Source: Azolla caroliniana (lineage: Eukaryota; Plantae; Polypodiophyta). From it: a stretch of DNA of 64,000 bases. Position numbers and translations under genes: made by a program. The stretch is from assembly GCA_043228905.1 (NCBI GenBank), contig JBHGNT010000013.1, positions 18,538,001-18,602,000 of the forward strand, written 5' to 3'. The notes below the pieces were generated by a model, which was not told the origin of the DNA, did no database searches, and saw nothing but the letters and a program-made list of their open reading frames with translations. The number at the start of each line of letters is the position of its first letter. Position 1 is the first letter of the stretch. Positions 25,852-39,438 of the stretch are shown here, one piece after another.

Positions 25852-27599
25852 TTCCTTTGCATAACATTAGTGTTCTAACTCTTTACAAAATCGACATAGG
25901 CACTTTCCCAAAATAGGAGTGAAAACAATAACCTCTACCTTTTAAAGTGTTCTTTAGAAAATCTCTTCATCTTTAGCTTTAAAGACTAAATAGTTGACAT
26001 TATTAATATTGACAATTGTTTTTGAAACTAAGGAATTGTAGTTAATGCTAATAATAGACACGAAATACAATAGTTGAATCGCAACTATGGGATGAAATTA
26101 CCGCCAATCAAGATTTCACAATAGTTGAGATTTTCACATTACAACTGAGAGACAGAGAGAATCTTCATACATGATGATATCTAGAGGTGGAGATACCATT
26201 AATTGAGATCCAAATGTCATTTTGTAATTTAACTTTCGAAGGGAGTCAAATTCCAATATTGTCGTGATTTAACTTACAAAAGGATTCACACAAAAAACAG
26301 ACTAGTGAACTAGGCACTCCAATTAGCTAGCTTTACTACAAAAATAGTGCGGAAATGTACTTTTCATAAGGTAATAGTAGTAAATACAACATCAAATGGC
26401 AAGACGATCATGAATATTTAATATTCTCATTCACATTCAGACTCTTACTTCCATGCAAAAAGTTTATCCTTTCATGTGATGATATACATCTCGCTAAAGT
26501 GCCTCCTCCATACTACATGTTGCACATATCCTTCGAGGGGCATATATCTAAATAGAGATACCCATAGATTCCCATGAATTATCGTACGACTAGTAGATTA
26601 ACATGGATATATCTATCTAGACACAAGCACATAGCCATCATACCTCTTACAAAGTCCATGCATGAGTACATAGCCACACACAAAAACGTATACACATTCT
26701 TAAGATACCACTTGATTATCAAGGAAAAACACATTCAAATCAATAAGTTGAAAAGTTAGTATAATCTCACCATATAACACACAAAACATATGCATGCATC
26801 GTTGATCATGTGCATTCACATAGCAATGTGGTGTCCCATTCTCTAGATTCTTGGCAATTGTTGAAGTATTTACTATTTCAATATGCTTTCATGACATCTG
26901 CAATGCCATTACCAAGTATCAGAAATTACTCCACTAGAGTGTTCCAAATATGGGACAAAGAATCAAATTAGTTATTCTTGAGTAAATCCATCAATAGAGT
27001 CTAGGAGTTGTTAAGGTTGTTAAATTTATTTGCTCACCGAGATGGCAATAACTGGTGAGCCTGATGTTGTGATTCGTAATCAACAACAATTTCGAGAAAT
27101 TTTGGAAAAGAGAGAGGTCTTCACCTCTTTTGGAGAGAGAATAAAGTTATGCTCCACCAAGATAGTTTTTTCTACCCTCGTCTTGGAACAACCCTACGTG
27201 AAGGCTTTTGATACTCGACTTGTTGGTTGATGTGGGTATGAGGGTTATAATCTATTGTAAGAATTCGTTGTAGCCTTTGGGCATCTTTCCATTAATACCA
27301 AGGTGAATCTTTATTTATTTAATTTAAAAAAAAAACATTTGCTAATAAGTTGCGACCAAGTGGCAAATAGAAACCTCACAAAGTTAAATTTGGTTAAAAT
27401 ATTTAAACAACTTTGAATTGTGCATGTGAAGTATTGCACCTCTATCTCTCTTTTTTTCATTGCCTTGTATGCCTCTGTCTAGGGTAAGTTGGGATAGACA
27501 ACAACTCTATCGTGTGACTAAGGTTGGTAGTGCTTAATGTTGTTTGCGTTAAAACAAATGTCATGTTGATAGATGAAAGGTTTGGATAAAGATGCGAAG

Positions 27600-28050
27600 T
27601 TTATGAGTATCTAAGAAGTGATACATGGCTCTTGTGACCAAAACATCCCAATACTAAAGTAGAATCAACCTCTTTCAACCATAGTCACGAGAGACAGTTC
27701 ATGGAAGGCAAGATAGGGCAGATGCTAGATATACAAAGCATCAACAAACCAAGAGCCTAAGACAACTAGAGTTCATTTGGGGAATACAACATTTTTATGG
27801 TAAATGAGGAATTTATTCAGATATGGTTGCACAATAAGATACCCCTATTGACCAACATAGCCTCAACAATTATTATTCTACCAATATCAATCGTATCTTC
27901 GAACGTGAATAGTGTACTATTTATTTACACAAAAGGTGCACACATGTATAAAGGATTGCTTACATATTGGACAACTTTGGTACTTGAAATGTTGGAACTC
28001 TCAATCTCCATTCTTTCCATCACGTCAATAAAGGAATTGTAACTTTTAAG
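27600..28050 (+). pseudogene. Possible hAT transposase C-terminal (dimerisation) relic
   Basis: ORF 27797-28042 W…KIPLLTNIASTIIILPISIVSS resembles the hATC P-x-L-x2-IA-x3-L-x-LP-x-S-x-AS-ER pattern; degenerate. Confidence 0.3.
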
Positions 28051-28196
28051 GAGACTTTAGTAAAGTTGCATATATCAATGTCATTGGGATAAAATGAACT
28101 ACATAGAGATAAATACATTAACTTATACATCAAGTCAACCTCTTGCTTCTTCTACAAGTACATCAAGATAGGCATCATCACTATGTCAAACATTAA

Positions 28197-28471
28197 CACA
28201 CACAACCTAGGTGGGGGTTATCTTTCAATCCTTCATGTGATATGTATACCGTATGAAACTAGGAAGAATTACCCACATAACATGATGATACTTGATTTGT
28301 ATCTTAAATCTACTTCTCCAAAGCTAGTTATCACCCACACACAACCTAGGTAGGGGTTATCTTTCAATCATTCATGTGATATGTATTCCTTATGAAAGTA
28401 GGAAGAATTACCCACATAACATTAATGATGCTTGATTAGTATCTTAAATCTGCTTCCCCAAATATAGTTAT
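28197..28471. repeat. Two-copy ~139-bp tandem duplication
   Basis: CACACACAACCTAGGT.GGGGTTATCTTTCAATC…TAGGAAGAATTACCCACATAACAT…GTATCTTAAATCT occurs at 28197 and 28336. Confidence 0.9.
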
Positions 28472-29680
28472 GATTATGCTCTTGGGCCTTTGGTGACAAC
28501 AATAGTATCGAGTTTTGCAATAAGAGCACATAATTATCCTAAATTTGTTTACGAAAATCATGAAGTAAAAGCAAACTTTTTTCACTCTATAAGACAAATA
28601 TGAACATTGAGGATGTAAAGAAGATCAAGCTTCCCAATGGAAGTGGATTAGAAGATCGAGTCACCAACCTTGTTAAGTTATTTTACTTCATTATTTTGAC
28701 TTTGTTTAAAGTTACATCTTCCATATGTCTTATGGTTATCACACACACGCATGATTTCATTTAATCTCCAAAACACATATCTCAGCATGGGAGCACAACG
28801 ATGTCAAAGTACATTATGGGTCCTAATACTTAGCAAGAGTAAACTAATATGAAAATATGTGCCAAAGAGTCAATATATTATGCATACCCAATGTTATTAG
28901 TTACCCCCGTGTAAATGCTTGAAAAGCCCATGTGAATATAATAGACAAACGCATAAACAATTCGATTTTAAATCTTTATTCAGGTGGTCACCAAAAGGTA
29001 TAAGGAAAAGAGAACGCAAAATTATCTTTATAACCGTTTCTAGAAGCTCCAAATTTCCATGAGATAGTCCATTAAGTTTATTAGTTTCCCCCAAATAACC
29101 TTTAGCTATTCTCACTCCTTATTAAAGTTAAAAGCTTGACAATATGTTAATCTAAAGTATATTCACATAGAGAAAACAAAACCTAGTTTTTCAAGCTTCT
29201 TAAATTCAAATGCATGAAGCAACAAGTAAACTAAACCCACTGATTTTGGGGATGATTTCTTGATTTACTATGCCAAATATGATTCACTTGTAAAATGAAA
29301 CATCCATTTGAATATTGTGTAAGCTTTCCTTCACAACACATGAGTTTTATAAGAGGGTTCAACAAAGGGATTTTTAAGACATCATGATGTAATATTTACA
29401 TGTTAAAAGATACTATTAAAAAGGCACCATGTGGACATCATGAGTTGGAAAATGATGTTTTATTCATCAAACAATTTCACAAGATAAGGTCCATTTATGT
29501 ACCTTGAGTACACACAATATAGGGAGAAACAGTTTACATGAAGATACAAGTGTGCACTTCCTAGAGATCTATAGTCACCTCAACCTCTTGTACTACAATG
29601 GTTCCATGTGTGAGTATATCTAAGTGAAGTATCTCTCTACTCATATGAATGACTTTTGTTGAAAAGGATCTCCAATCATA

Positions 29681-31115
29681 TCAATAACTTTGATCAAATC
29701 GTTTTGGTATCTCGAATCCAGCTGTGTATGCAATAGGAGGCCCATTGTCAAAATAAGCACTAGTGTTGTAGTTAGGATTGAAACAACACATTGGCACTAT
29801 ATTATTATTATTGTGTTGAGTCCCATGGACATCCAATGAAGTGGCCATAACATAGTACACCATACTCAACCCACATGTGAACATGGATAATGCCGCCCCA
29901 CCTCCAAGTACTCCTGATTTGATTATGTAACAACTCTTAGCCATATTATTGTTATCGTTCTTATTATTCCCTTCAACGTGGCCATAATAATATTGCTCGC
30001 CAAATTTTAATGCAACCCCTTCTAAAAGCAAGAAGCAAGCATTCACAAATGTTATCCTACACGTGATAAGAATATGAAAGTTAGCACTAAAACCATGTTA
30101 TACAATAATTCATTAACCACTCAAATAGAAAAACTATCTGAAATGCCATGAAGCTTTTCTTTATTGCCTAATTCTTTTTCCAAAGTACCTATTGTCAAAC
30201 ACATCTCACATTCTCCCATCTTTGGGGGCACTAAGGACATTAGGGCAAATAACGGAAATTTAGGGGCATTTGGGAAAATAGGGGAAACCTAGGCTCATAT
30301 AAGGAAATAATGGGAAAATGATAGCGTTTTGAAAATTCATGGAAACTTGGGGCATTTGGAGAGTTTTTCCCATGGAGTCTACCATTTGAACATGGCAATT
30401 TGAGTACAAGCATGAATCATATCCATTATAAGCTAATGAGATTAAGATCAATGTAAACTCATTATACCATGATAGTACCAAACAAAGGATGGCCACTCTT
30501 CTTGTTGGAGTGGAATGATGAGTATGAATGGTTTTGTTCTTGTTAATGGAACAACAAATGCAACCACCACATATATTAGAGATGAACTGGGAGAGAAGAA
30601 GAGATGATGCGGCGAGTAACCCTATCACCCATGAAGGATTGTTTTTAGGGTAGAGACAATTGTCCCCTATCACCAACACTTGATCCACCTGAAAATAGTG
30701 GTAAAAAATCATGTCATAACTTGTGTTATTAGGTAACCAAGCATATTATGTTACACACTAAATTAATTCGTGCTAATTAGTGCATCTAACCAAGTTACCT
30801 AACTCAAGGATATTGATTGTGCACTATGAATGACACATTACATCTCATCACTTATAATGCATCTAATGTCGTAATACAATAAATTAATATATAGATTATG
30901 AAAGTAGTCACACATTAAGCGAAATACATAATTCCTCGAATGATGCATTTATTACTTTATGTTACAAGGCATTTAATGTGCAGTGGAGGGCATCCAAGCT
31001 ATAAGTTTTCAATGTGAGATGTTACCTTAATGTGCTTAATCTCTGCAACAATGCCTAATATGGTGGCTAGCACCCCGAAGAATCCAATAGAAACGCAAAT
31101 GAACAAGCGAAGCAT
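29681..31115 (-). CDS. DUF1218 / MODIFYING WALL LIGNIN-like small membrane protein, 3 exons
   Basis: Exon 1 31115-31026 MLRLFICVSIGFFGVLATILGIVAEIKHIK. Exon 2 ~30688-30468 VDQV…CLYPKNNPSWVIGLLAASSLLLSQ…GGCICC…AILCLVLSW. Exon 3 ~30056-29681 ITF…LLLEG…CYIIKSGVLGGGAALS…YY. Confidence 0.85.
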
Positions 31116-34100
31116 GTGGGATCTATCTATTAGGAACCATCAATCTAGAGGTCAGAATGTATTGAGAATTAATGCTTGTTAAGTAGGGTAGAACTCATGA
31201 GAGACGAAGAGCGAGTTTAGTAAGTGAACCCTTTCAAGTTTAACTAAGGTAACTTCTATTGAATTTATCATTTTCAATCTCACGTTCTAGAATAAGTTTC
31301 ACTTATTTTTACCAAAACTATTTACAAGGAAAACCCTCTCTCTCTCTCTCTCTCTCTCTCTCAACAATCTATGTGACCTCAAAATCTTACATGTATAAAT
31401 AATGAGATTCTTTAGTCACTTTTTTATTTACTTTTTATATAGTTATATTTATTTACGTTTGTTGTTTTCAAAGAGTAGACAAACACTTGAGGATGTACCT
31501 TTGGGCATCATAAAAGACGTTAATATCTATTTATTTATTTTCTCTTTTGAGGCAATGTTGAAATTAACCCATACGTCTTCATCCAAATCTCATTAAATTC
31601 AACTACGTAATTGTTGGATGATAAACGAGATGCCCTCATCTCTAGCTACCAACAGATTTCAAGTTCACTATAATGTTCTTTCCTAGGGAACCCAATTTTG
31701 AACCGTTGTGAATCCATGACAATGACACATGCAGTGTTGGCCATTACAATTATTAGAGAGAAGGGTTCATTGCTACACAATAATTGGTAGAATTCCATGA
31801 TTGTTTTGTCTTAATAGCTTCTCATGAAGCTACAAAAGAAGTCCAAAGTCATCGCTCAATATTCTAATCAAGTAACCTTTTTTGCTGTTCACGATATATC
31901 TTTGAGATTTGTACATGGATAGCATAAGACAAATGTAAAGATAATAACAAATTTTTTCCATGCCCATAAGCATGGTCAAAGTTCTATGGTAATTTTGTTG
32001 TAGGTTGGGTAGAATTGAGGTTACAAAAACCTTAAGCTTTCAAGGTTTTGATCGGTAGACCAATTTGGGTAATCGCAATTAACTTATGTAAGTGTATAGA
32101 GAGTACTATGATGAGTGGCATCTTAGAAAATTTGTTTCCCAACAAACTTCGTTCTCTCTATTTCTTGGTTGTCACGGGGACAAAGTATAGTAGCTACTAG
32201 GCATTCTCTAACTAAAAAACAAATGTTTTATTTTCTTTGTTCGAATATTGTTTATAAATATCCATGTAATGATTTCAATGTATGATATGTGTTCTTGCAT
32301 TAACGAGGCCTAATAAACATTTTTCAATATAGTGTATATTTTACACATCCACAATCGTAACTTGAACATGTGTCATATCAAATCCAAGTTTTGGTAGGGT
32401 ACTTGTAATTCAAGGATATGATCATTAAGGAAGTTTTAAATAATTTGCTAGAAAAGTTGCATTCTAGCTTTAAAGATTTTAGAAACAAATGGCCTACATA
32501 GCTTTAGCATACAAGATCCAAATATTTAGTAAGACCATCTTTGGAAACCATCCATCAAGAGTTGTCCAATTATATCGGTGACATGATGGGGTTTTGAAAA
32601 TCTTTCGGACGGGCTAATCGTGCCACTCATTTTAATTTGGATATCCCCAAAATGACACTTTCCCAAATGATCTAAACCAATCTTTATTGGAAAAATTAAA
32701 CGTGTGCATAATATCTATACAATTTTTTTAAACCATTAATAAGTAAGATGATACTTGGAATTTACTTGTCAAGCATCATTGACTTGTGAGATGTTACATG
32801 AAGGGTTTTGGTGAATTCTTCATTGAGCCCCATTTCGAATTGGAGTTTCAAAGAATGTGAAACTTTTTTGGATTTCATATTCCTAATCCGTAGTTTTAAC
32901 CTCCACCATATCATGAATTGCTAGTATAATGCTTTCATATAGGTTTATGGAGGTGAGGCAAGGTTAAATTGTCATAGTCGAATTATTTATTTTGCTTAGA
33001 TATGTTAATGGCCTTATAACCACTATGACTAACTTCAATAAATCATACATATAGAATCATGGATAAAGTATAGGAATTTATAAAAGCTCCCTCTACCTTT
33101 TCATCATCAAAATATTGACTCTATGTTGATAAGTACATAGTTAAATAGTTATAAGTTGTCCCTACAGGGATTTGTACATAATTGTCTCATTTGTAAAATT
33201 TTATAACTAATGGAAGGAGTTTTTTTTTGGGAAAAGAAGAAGAAGAAGTTATAAGTTACGACTCACGAGAATGTATACCTCGTTTTAGAAAAAAGTAGAA
33301 AAATATGTTTGTTAACTGATGTAAATTTCAAGTTTACCTTGCACACAACCTATATAACATTTGATCAGATAGAACAAAATGAAGACTACATTTCCAGTGA
33401 GAGAACAAAAAAACAACGAAGATGTTCCACGAAGAGCCTTGCATGTAGTCGATCACCTTGTTAAACTATGCCATAAAATATATATGCTCTTATAAAGAAG
33501 AAATAACATGGGTAAATTGTACAAGTTTGTTAATTGTAAGTATCGATAATGTATCTCATTGTCTATAGCATTGCAATGATGTTGAGTAAAGTGTTAGTTT
33601 ATAAAACAACTAACTATTTCCTCCCTTAAATCGAGATGCTTACATATTCTCCGAATCCAATGTGAAGTAGCAAGTCAATGAGATTGGTTTGTTGTTACAC
33701 AAGTGGAAGACCAAATATTAATATACCTATACTTATCATTATATATGTGATTAATTTAGAAGTTTACGGTAAAGTTTATCACCAAATATTTGCTTCTTTG
33801 TTGACATTCTTGAGGCTCCTTGTCTTTGTATCATAAACTTTCAAACTAAAGAGGTTGTGCCTGATAACTAGCATTTGGAGAAATAGAAGTAGCCTAACCA
33901 ATTGCACAAATATCATTTCTATTTTACAATGAACTCTAATTGATTGACAATTGGAAAGGTTTTATATGATTAATTATACATTTTTACATATTCTTCCATG
34001 AACAACAAGTGAGCATTTAATGCTAATTACTATGCATGTCGACAATTAGTACATATGAAAATATCTAAAGTTCCCTAAGCTATCTAAACTTGCTTAAAAT

Positions 34101-34866
34101 ATTACTTCAATTTGGTTCCATCTACCAAGAAAAAATATTGTTTTCTAAATGACTACTATGAAATCCAATCAAATATGCTACTTTTATGATCAAGCTAGAT
34201 TTCTTAGCATCTCACATGTGCATAATACATATTGAACAAACAAACTTGTGTCTTAAGTCTACCAAATTGGAACAATATTGGAATTAATTAGCACTAATCT
34301 TGGATTTCTACTATAATGGGATATAAAATCAGCTTGCTTTAAGGTCCAAATAAAGATAATGTTGACAAGGATTGAAAGCTTGAAAGGTTCTATGGAAAAA
34401 AATTATATTTTTTCTTGGATGTGGATGGATTTGATTTCTCGCTCCAAAAATTCTAAACAATGTGTTTACATACAAGCTCTATGGCTAAGCCCTTACTACC
34501 TCAGAAGTTGAAGCTACAATTCCTTTTCTTTTGTTCCTCCATTAAAAGTTTTGCTGATATCAACATGAACATGTTTCCTTCCATCCTTTATATTTCATTT
34601 AAGGTATGTATCAATGGTGTCAACAGAAATCCTATATGAAAATAATTTCATATGTTATTGGAACGTGAACTATGTATGTGATAAGACTTGCCAATAAGCG
34701 AGCGATCACTAAGGAGTGTCGGGCGGTTTTCTTAGGTCGATCCTTTCATGGTAATTGGTCTCATCCTTACGAGCTTTTCATTGTAAGGTACTTGTCTCGA
34801 GACTTTTCCTTGTCTTCTCAAGTTACAATGTGGAAAATACTAAAAACTAAAAACCATGTACGTTTT

Positions 34867-37065
34867 TCACAAAATATTTGATAGAAGCACCAATGCACCT
34901 GTATTATACGGATCTAACTCAAGCAGCCCAGCAATAGCTGAGGTTGTTAGCACAAGGTTATCATTTATCTTGCAAGTACCAAGCAAAGAAGCCCAACTTG
35001 TCACATTGGGTTGGCAAGGCATCTTTTGAACAAGTTCCATGGCTTCCTCAAGGAGTCCAGCACGCCCTAGTAAGTCCACCAAACATACATAATGCTCAGA
35101 CACGATACAAGTGCAATGATACAACCTCATGAACTTGAAAAAATGGATTCCTTCATTCACAAGGCCTGAATGGGTACAAGCTGATAGAACCCCGACAAAA
35201 GTTATATGGTTCAGGTTTATTCCATCCTGCTGCATTTGATGACAACTATGAAAAGCATTGGCCGAAAATCCATACTGACCATAAGCAATTATCATCGTAT
35301 TACAGAGAGCGGTATCGAGGCAAGTCATCTCATCGAACACGTGGCATGCATCATCCAGACTACCACACCTTGTGTACATATCCACAAGTGTGCTCCCTAG
35401 GAAAAAACTTGATTTATACCCCATCTTGAGTGCATACCTGTGGATGCATTTTCCTTGTTCTAGCATACCCCATTTAAGGCATGCTTTCAATATGGCAACA
35501 AAGATTACCTCATCTGGCTTTACAGAATCACTTTCCATTTGCCAAAAAAGTTGTATGGCCTCGTCTGGAGTAGCGTGCTCAACATAACCAGCTATGAGTG
35601 AGCTCCATGACACAATGTTCCTTTTTGGCATTGTATTAAAAACATGCCGACCATCTTTTACATTACCACATTTCGAGTACATGTCGACAATCGCACTTCC
35701 AACAAGCAGCTCCAAGTCCAGCCCATTTTCGCAAACTTGGAAATGGATTTTCTGTCCTATCTCTAAACTTCTTGAGTCTGCACATGCCTTGAGAGCACTT
35801 ACAAATGTCGTTGAATTAGGGCTTGTTCCGTCTTTGACTCGCATCATCATGTGAAACAATGCCAAGGCATCGGTTTGGAAGCCATGATGGGTGTGACCCG
35901 CGATCAATGCACTCCAAGACACAACATTTCGAGTTGAAAGCAATTTGAATACATGGCATGCATCTATAAGGCTCCCACATTTGGCATAAACATCAATAAG
36001 TGTGTTTTCTAGAAAGCAACCCCCCAATGTTAGCGCTCTCTTTGTAATATGCCCATGTATCACTCTTGCCTTATCTAGATATTCACTACTTATGCAAGAT
36101 TTTAAAAGATTCAGAAATGTAACTTCATTCATGTATACACATCTTGTTTCCATCACCAAAAAGAGCTTAAAAGACTCGTCGGCGCACTTGTGCTCTCCAT
36201 ACCCGGCAATCATAGCACTCCAAGTGACGATGTCAGGCTGAGTAATGTTATCGAATACACAGCGAGCATCCTTTACACACCCACATTTAGAATACATATT
36301 GATCAGCGTGTTTCCAACACTTAGACTCTCTAATTTGTTCCTTATAACGCAATCATGGATTTCTTTTCCCTCTCTAAATACCCTCCCCTTGGCACACGCC
36401 TTGAGAGCACTAACACATATGGCTTCATTAGGGATTACATGATTATGATCATCTTGCATCTTCCAGAAAAGTTGGATGGCTTCATGTGGATTCCCATGAA
36501 GAGTACATCCAACAAGCATCATATTCCACATCGCAATCTTACGGCATGGAATCTGGAAGAATATAAACAATGCATCATCCATGGACCCACACTTTGCATA
36601 CATGCTGATAAGCGAACTCATCAAGTTCATATCCATTATATGACCATGTTTTATGACACATGCATGCATGGCCATGCCACTTCTGAGACTTGAAACTTGA
36701 GCACATGCTCCTAGGAACATAATACATATATGCTGATTTGGGGTCAAACCTTCACTTTCCATGTCCCCAAACAAGGTCATTAATTCTTTCCATTGCCCAT
36801 GTTCTTTACATCCTTCAAGCATGCACTCCCACGTACAGGTATTCTTCTCCACCAAACCATTGAAGAAATCATGGGCTTGGGTCATGCATCCACGTTTCAC
36901 ATACAAATCAAGCATAAGGTTGTTCAATGAGAGATCTGCCTTGAACCCATTACTCGTTATATGGAAAAAAGCTCTCTTTCCCTCGTCCAATGCATTCATA
37001 TTGATACATTTCTGAAGGAAAGAACCATAGCTCTGGATTTGGGCAGGGCTCAATATCTTACTCAT
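34867..37065 (-). CDS. PLS-class pentatricopeptide repeat protein (organellar RNA-editing factor type), ends in a partial E domain, no DYW
   Basis: Single 732-aa ORF of repeated P-L-S triplets (LISMYAKCGS..DA..F, VVSWSALIAG, PNxxTFVSALKACA). Ends HYVCLVDLLGRAG…MPCQPNVTSWASLLGTC…LLELDPYNTGALVLLSNIL*. Confidence 0.95.
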   Translation of the reverse strand: MSKILSPAQIQSYGSFLQKCINMNALDEGKRAFFHITSNGFKADLSLNNLMLDLYVKRGCMTQAHDFFNGLVEKNTCTWECMLEGCKEHGQWKELMTLFGDMESEGLTPNQHICIMFLGACAQVSSLRSGMAMHACVIKHGHIMDMNLMSSLISMYAKCGSMDDALFIFFQIPCRKIAMWNMMLVGCTLHGNPHEAIQLFWKMQDDHNHVIPNEAICVSALKACAKGRVFREGKEIHDCVIRNKLESLSVGNTLINMYSKCGCVKDARCVFDNITQPDIVTWSAMIAGYGEHKCADESFKLFLVMETRCVYMNEVTFLNLLKSCISSEYLDKARVIHGHITKRALTLGGCFLENTLIDVYAKCGSLIDACHVFKLLSTRNVVSWSALIAGHTHHGFQTDALALFHMMMRVKDGTSPNSTTFVSALKACADSRSLEIGQKIHFQVCENGLDLELLVGSAIVDMYSKCGNVKDGRHVFNTMPKRNIVSWSSLIAGYVEHATPDEAIQLFWQMESDSVKPDEVIFVAILKACLKWGMLEQGKCIHRYALKMGYKSSFFLGSTLVDMYTRCGSLDDACHVFDEMTCLDTALCNTMIIAYGQYGFSANAFHSCHQMQQDGINLNHITFVGVLSACTHSGLVNEGIHFFKFMRLYHCTCIVSEHYVCLVDLLGRAGLLEEAMELVQKMPCQPNVTSWASLLGTCKINDNLVLTTSAIAGLLELDPYNTGALVLLSNIL

Positions 37066-38637
37066 AGCTTATACAATCAGAGGTACGATGGTAGCTTCTC
37101 ATCATCTTCGTCATCATCTTCAGCAGCAGCATCTTCTTTTTGGTCGCCACTGGACGGTTTTGTAAAAGACATTGTCAGTAATAGTCTGTTGTGCATCTTG
37201 ATGAAATCAAATCTTGTTCACCATGCCAAAAGTAAAGACAAATCCTGTCTTCTATTTTTGTTTCCTGGTCAAGGTTCTCCAAGACCTTTATGAGAACTTG
37301 TAACTTGTAAGTTGTAACAAATTTGTCATATAATATGTTGTGTGTGTGACCTTTCCGAGGTTTTGTCACCGAATTCTCCGGTGGGAATCGGGGTGTTGGG
37401 ATGCCAAATTATCATCGGGTTTTCATTATTTCTTGTTGAATGCCCTTCCTCAACCCGACAATACCCTCAAGTTTTTGTCCCCGAAATGCCCTTCAATCTC
37501 AAGCACTTAACTACAAGGGCAATCATGTCTTGATTAATTCACTCTTTCGCGAAAGTGACACTTGTTTATACATGTAATGATAGGGTGGAGTTCAATTTCA
37601 AACCTTATCTTGATCATTGTGAAATGAGTAAATTTGTTCAAAATTATTGAAAATTCATGAAAGGATTTCAATGTTTTCTTTATCGCAATACTTCTCACTC
37701 CCATCCAATCGTGCAGCAATGGCAAAAAATTCCCACATCTCCATTGCCTTGGGGATGCTATCACGTGCAACTCCCATAAACATGATACAATCATTTACTA
37801 AAGCTTGTGCAATGTACTGCTTTTCTTGATGGCATCCTCAATCCCATAAATTCTTTATCCAATGTCATATTATGCAACTTAACAAGAATAGGATGTGTGA
37901 CTATAGCAAATACCATCTGACTAACTAGACATCCTTGTTTATTTGATAGTAATATTGGAATAGGTTGGGTTACTCCTCCATTAAGCATTAGATGTGAAGC
38001 CAAAACCTCCCCTCTTGTACATATTAACTCGTGCTCTCCAAAACTCATATGACCCATCAACTGACTTGGAGAAGACCAACCCATGGTAGCATATGCCTTT
38101 TCAATATCCAATTGCAATATGATTAATTCACTCCATATAATGTTCAATTGTCATTTGTACATTCAAAAAATTATACAAAACATATATCTTATTTCCAAGA
38201 AAGCATATTGAGCATCGTGGATATAGATTGCGCATTGACAATCTCGTGCACGCTCCCACATAAGGCAAACTCATGTTTGCACACAAACAAAATTGTGTTT
38301 TTTTTTTGCAATGTGACTTGTTGTATTGTTGCTTATTTTTCTTGACCTTTTATACTAATGTGTTGTTTGGGAGTACAATAAGTTTTTTATTATTATCTTC
38401 ATCACTAAATGAAGCTATTGCATCCTTGTTGCAACTATGATACCGATTGCTAGAGTTAGTACATCTTACATAAATGTATTATACAAACTAATGGCACTAG
38501 GAATACCAAGAATCACAAATGAGAGAAAGAAATATATATTAATGTCTTCTAAGGTCAAATTTGGTCCAGGAGACAATTGGTTTACAACAAAAATGGGGTG
38601 TTTTTCCAATAATCAATTTGATATTTGATATTGTCTT

Positions 38638-38710
38638 TTCCATTGTCGGGAGTTGAACCCGAGTCTCTTGGGTGAGAGCCCAGTATCCTAACCAACAATA
38701 CTACAATGGA
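38638..38710 (-). tRNA. tRNA-Glu(CTC) pseudogene
   Basis: TCCATTGTAGTATTGTTGGTTAGGATACTGGGCTCTCACCCAAGAGACTCGGGTTCAACTCCCGACAATGGAA matches plant cytosolic tRNA-Glu(CUC), with mostly CpG-type transitions. Confidence 0.85.
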
Positions 38711-38713
38711 AAA

Positions 38714-38785
38714 CACCAATGTCGGGGATCAAACCCAGGTCACCCGCATGACAAGCGGGAATACTCACCACTATACTACAACAAC
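38714..38785 (-). tRNA. tRNA-Asp(GTC) pseudogene
   Basis: GTTGTTGTAGTATAGTGGTGAGTATTCCCGCTTGTCATGCGGGTGACCTGGGTTTGATCCCCGACATTGGTG matches plant tRNA-Asp(GUC). The B box is mutated from GTTCGA to GTTTGA. Confidence 0.87.
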
Positions 38786-39397
38786 TTCGAGAGAGAGAGA
38801 GAGAGATTGTTAAATCATCATTTGTAGCAATGACATTCATTTGGAGAGTATTGATTGGAGGTTTATCTGTGGGATTGTTTCTAAAGAGACACAAACTAGT
38901 AGCATGCAAATGTTTATTTATTTTTGTCTTGTTCAAGTGGAACATGATACTCATCGTGTTCATCAAGTGTTTGATTAGCGATCAACTTTGGGTTACATTT
39001 TCCAAATTTGGCAAGTGTTTTTTTGCATTGTTATTTTCCACAAAAGCAACACATGTTTGCACAATTCACACAGCTCGATTTGAGTAAAAGATGGAGATAA
39101 TTTTCTTTTATATGAGATATTGGGGATTGCATGATAATTGGAATATGCGGGCAGTGGAATGCATTTGTATTTGATGGTAGACACGGAGTTGCAAAACACC
39201 TAAATAAGTTGAAGGGACTATTATTGTGATAAATTTGTTTATTGGAGTAAGTGAAAATTCTTTCCTCGGATGTTGCGCTTGTCTTGCCTATTAGTGATTC
39301 GACATGTCCCACTACCATTGTGGCGGTGACACCACTCAGGTATGGTACCAACGTGTGTTTCTCACACACATCACTTAGTATAATCATGCGTTTGCAC

Positions 39398-39438
<41 letters not shown>

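Larger units (their letters stand above)
37540..38950 (-). mobile_element. Degenerate L1-clade LINE RT relic, interrupted by or joined to the tRNA pair
   Basis: Minus-strand pieces SPGP, IVLPK-like, QYAFL, LQLDIEKAYATMGW and KQGCLVSQMVFAIVTHP. Extent above 38800 is weak. Confidence 0.7.

Noticed and set aside
31560-33200. Possible hAT/ZNF862-like transposase relic on the minus strand
   Set aside because: Only faint motif resemblance, with no ORF or TIRs that I could verify.
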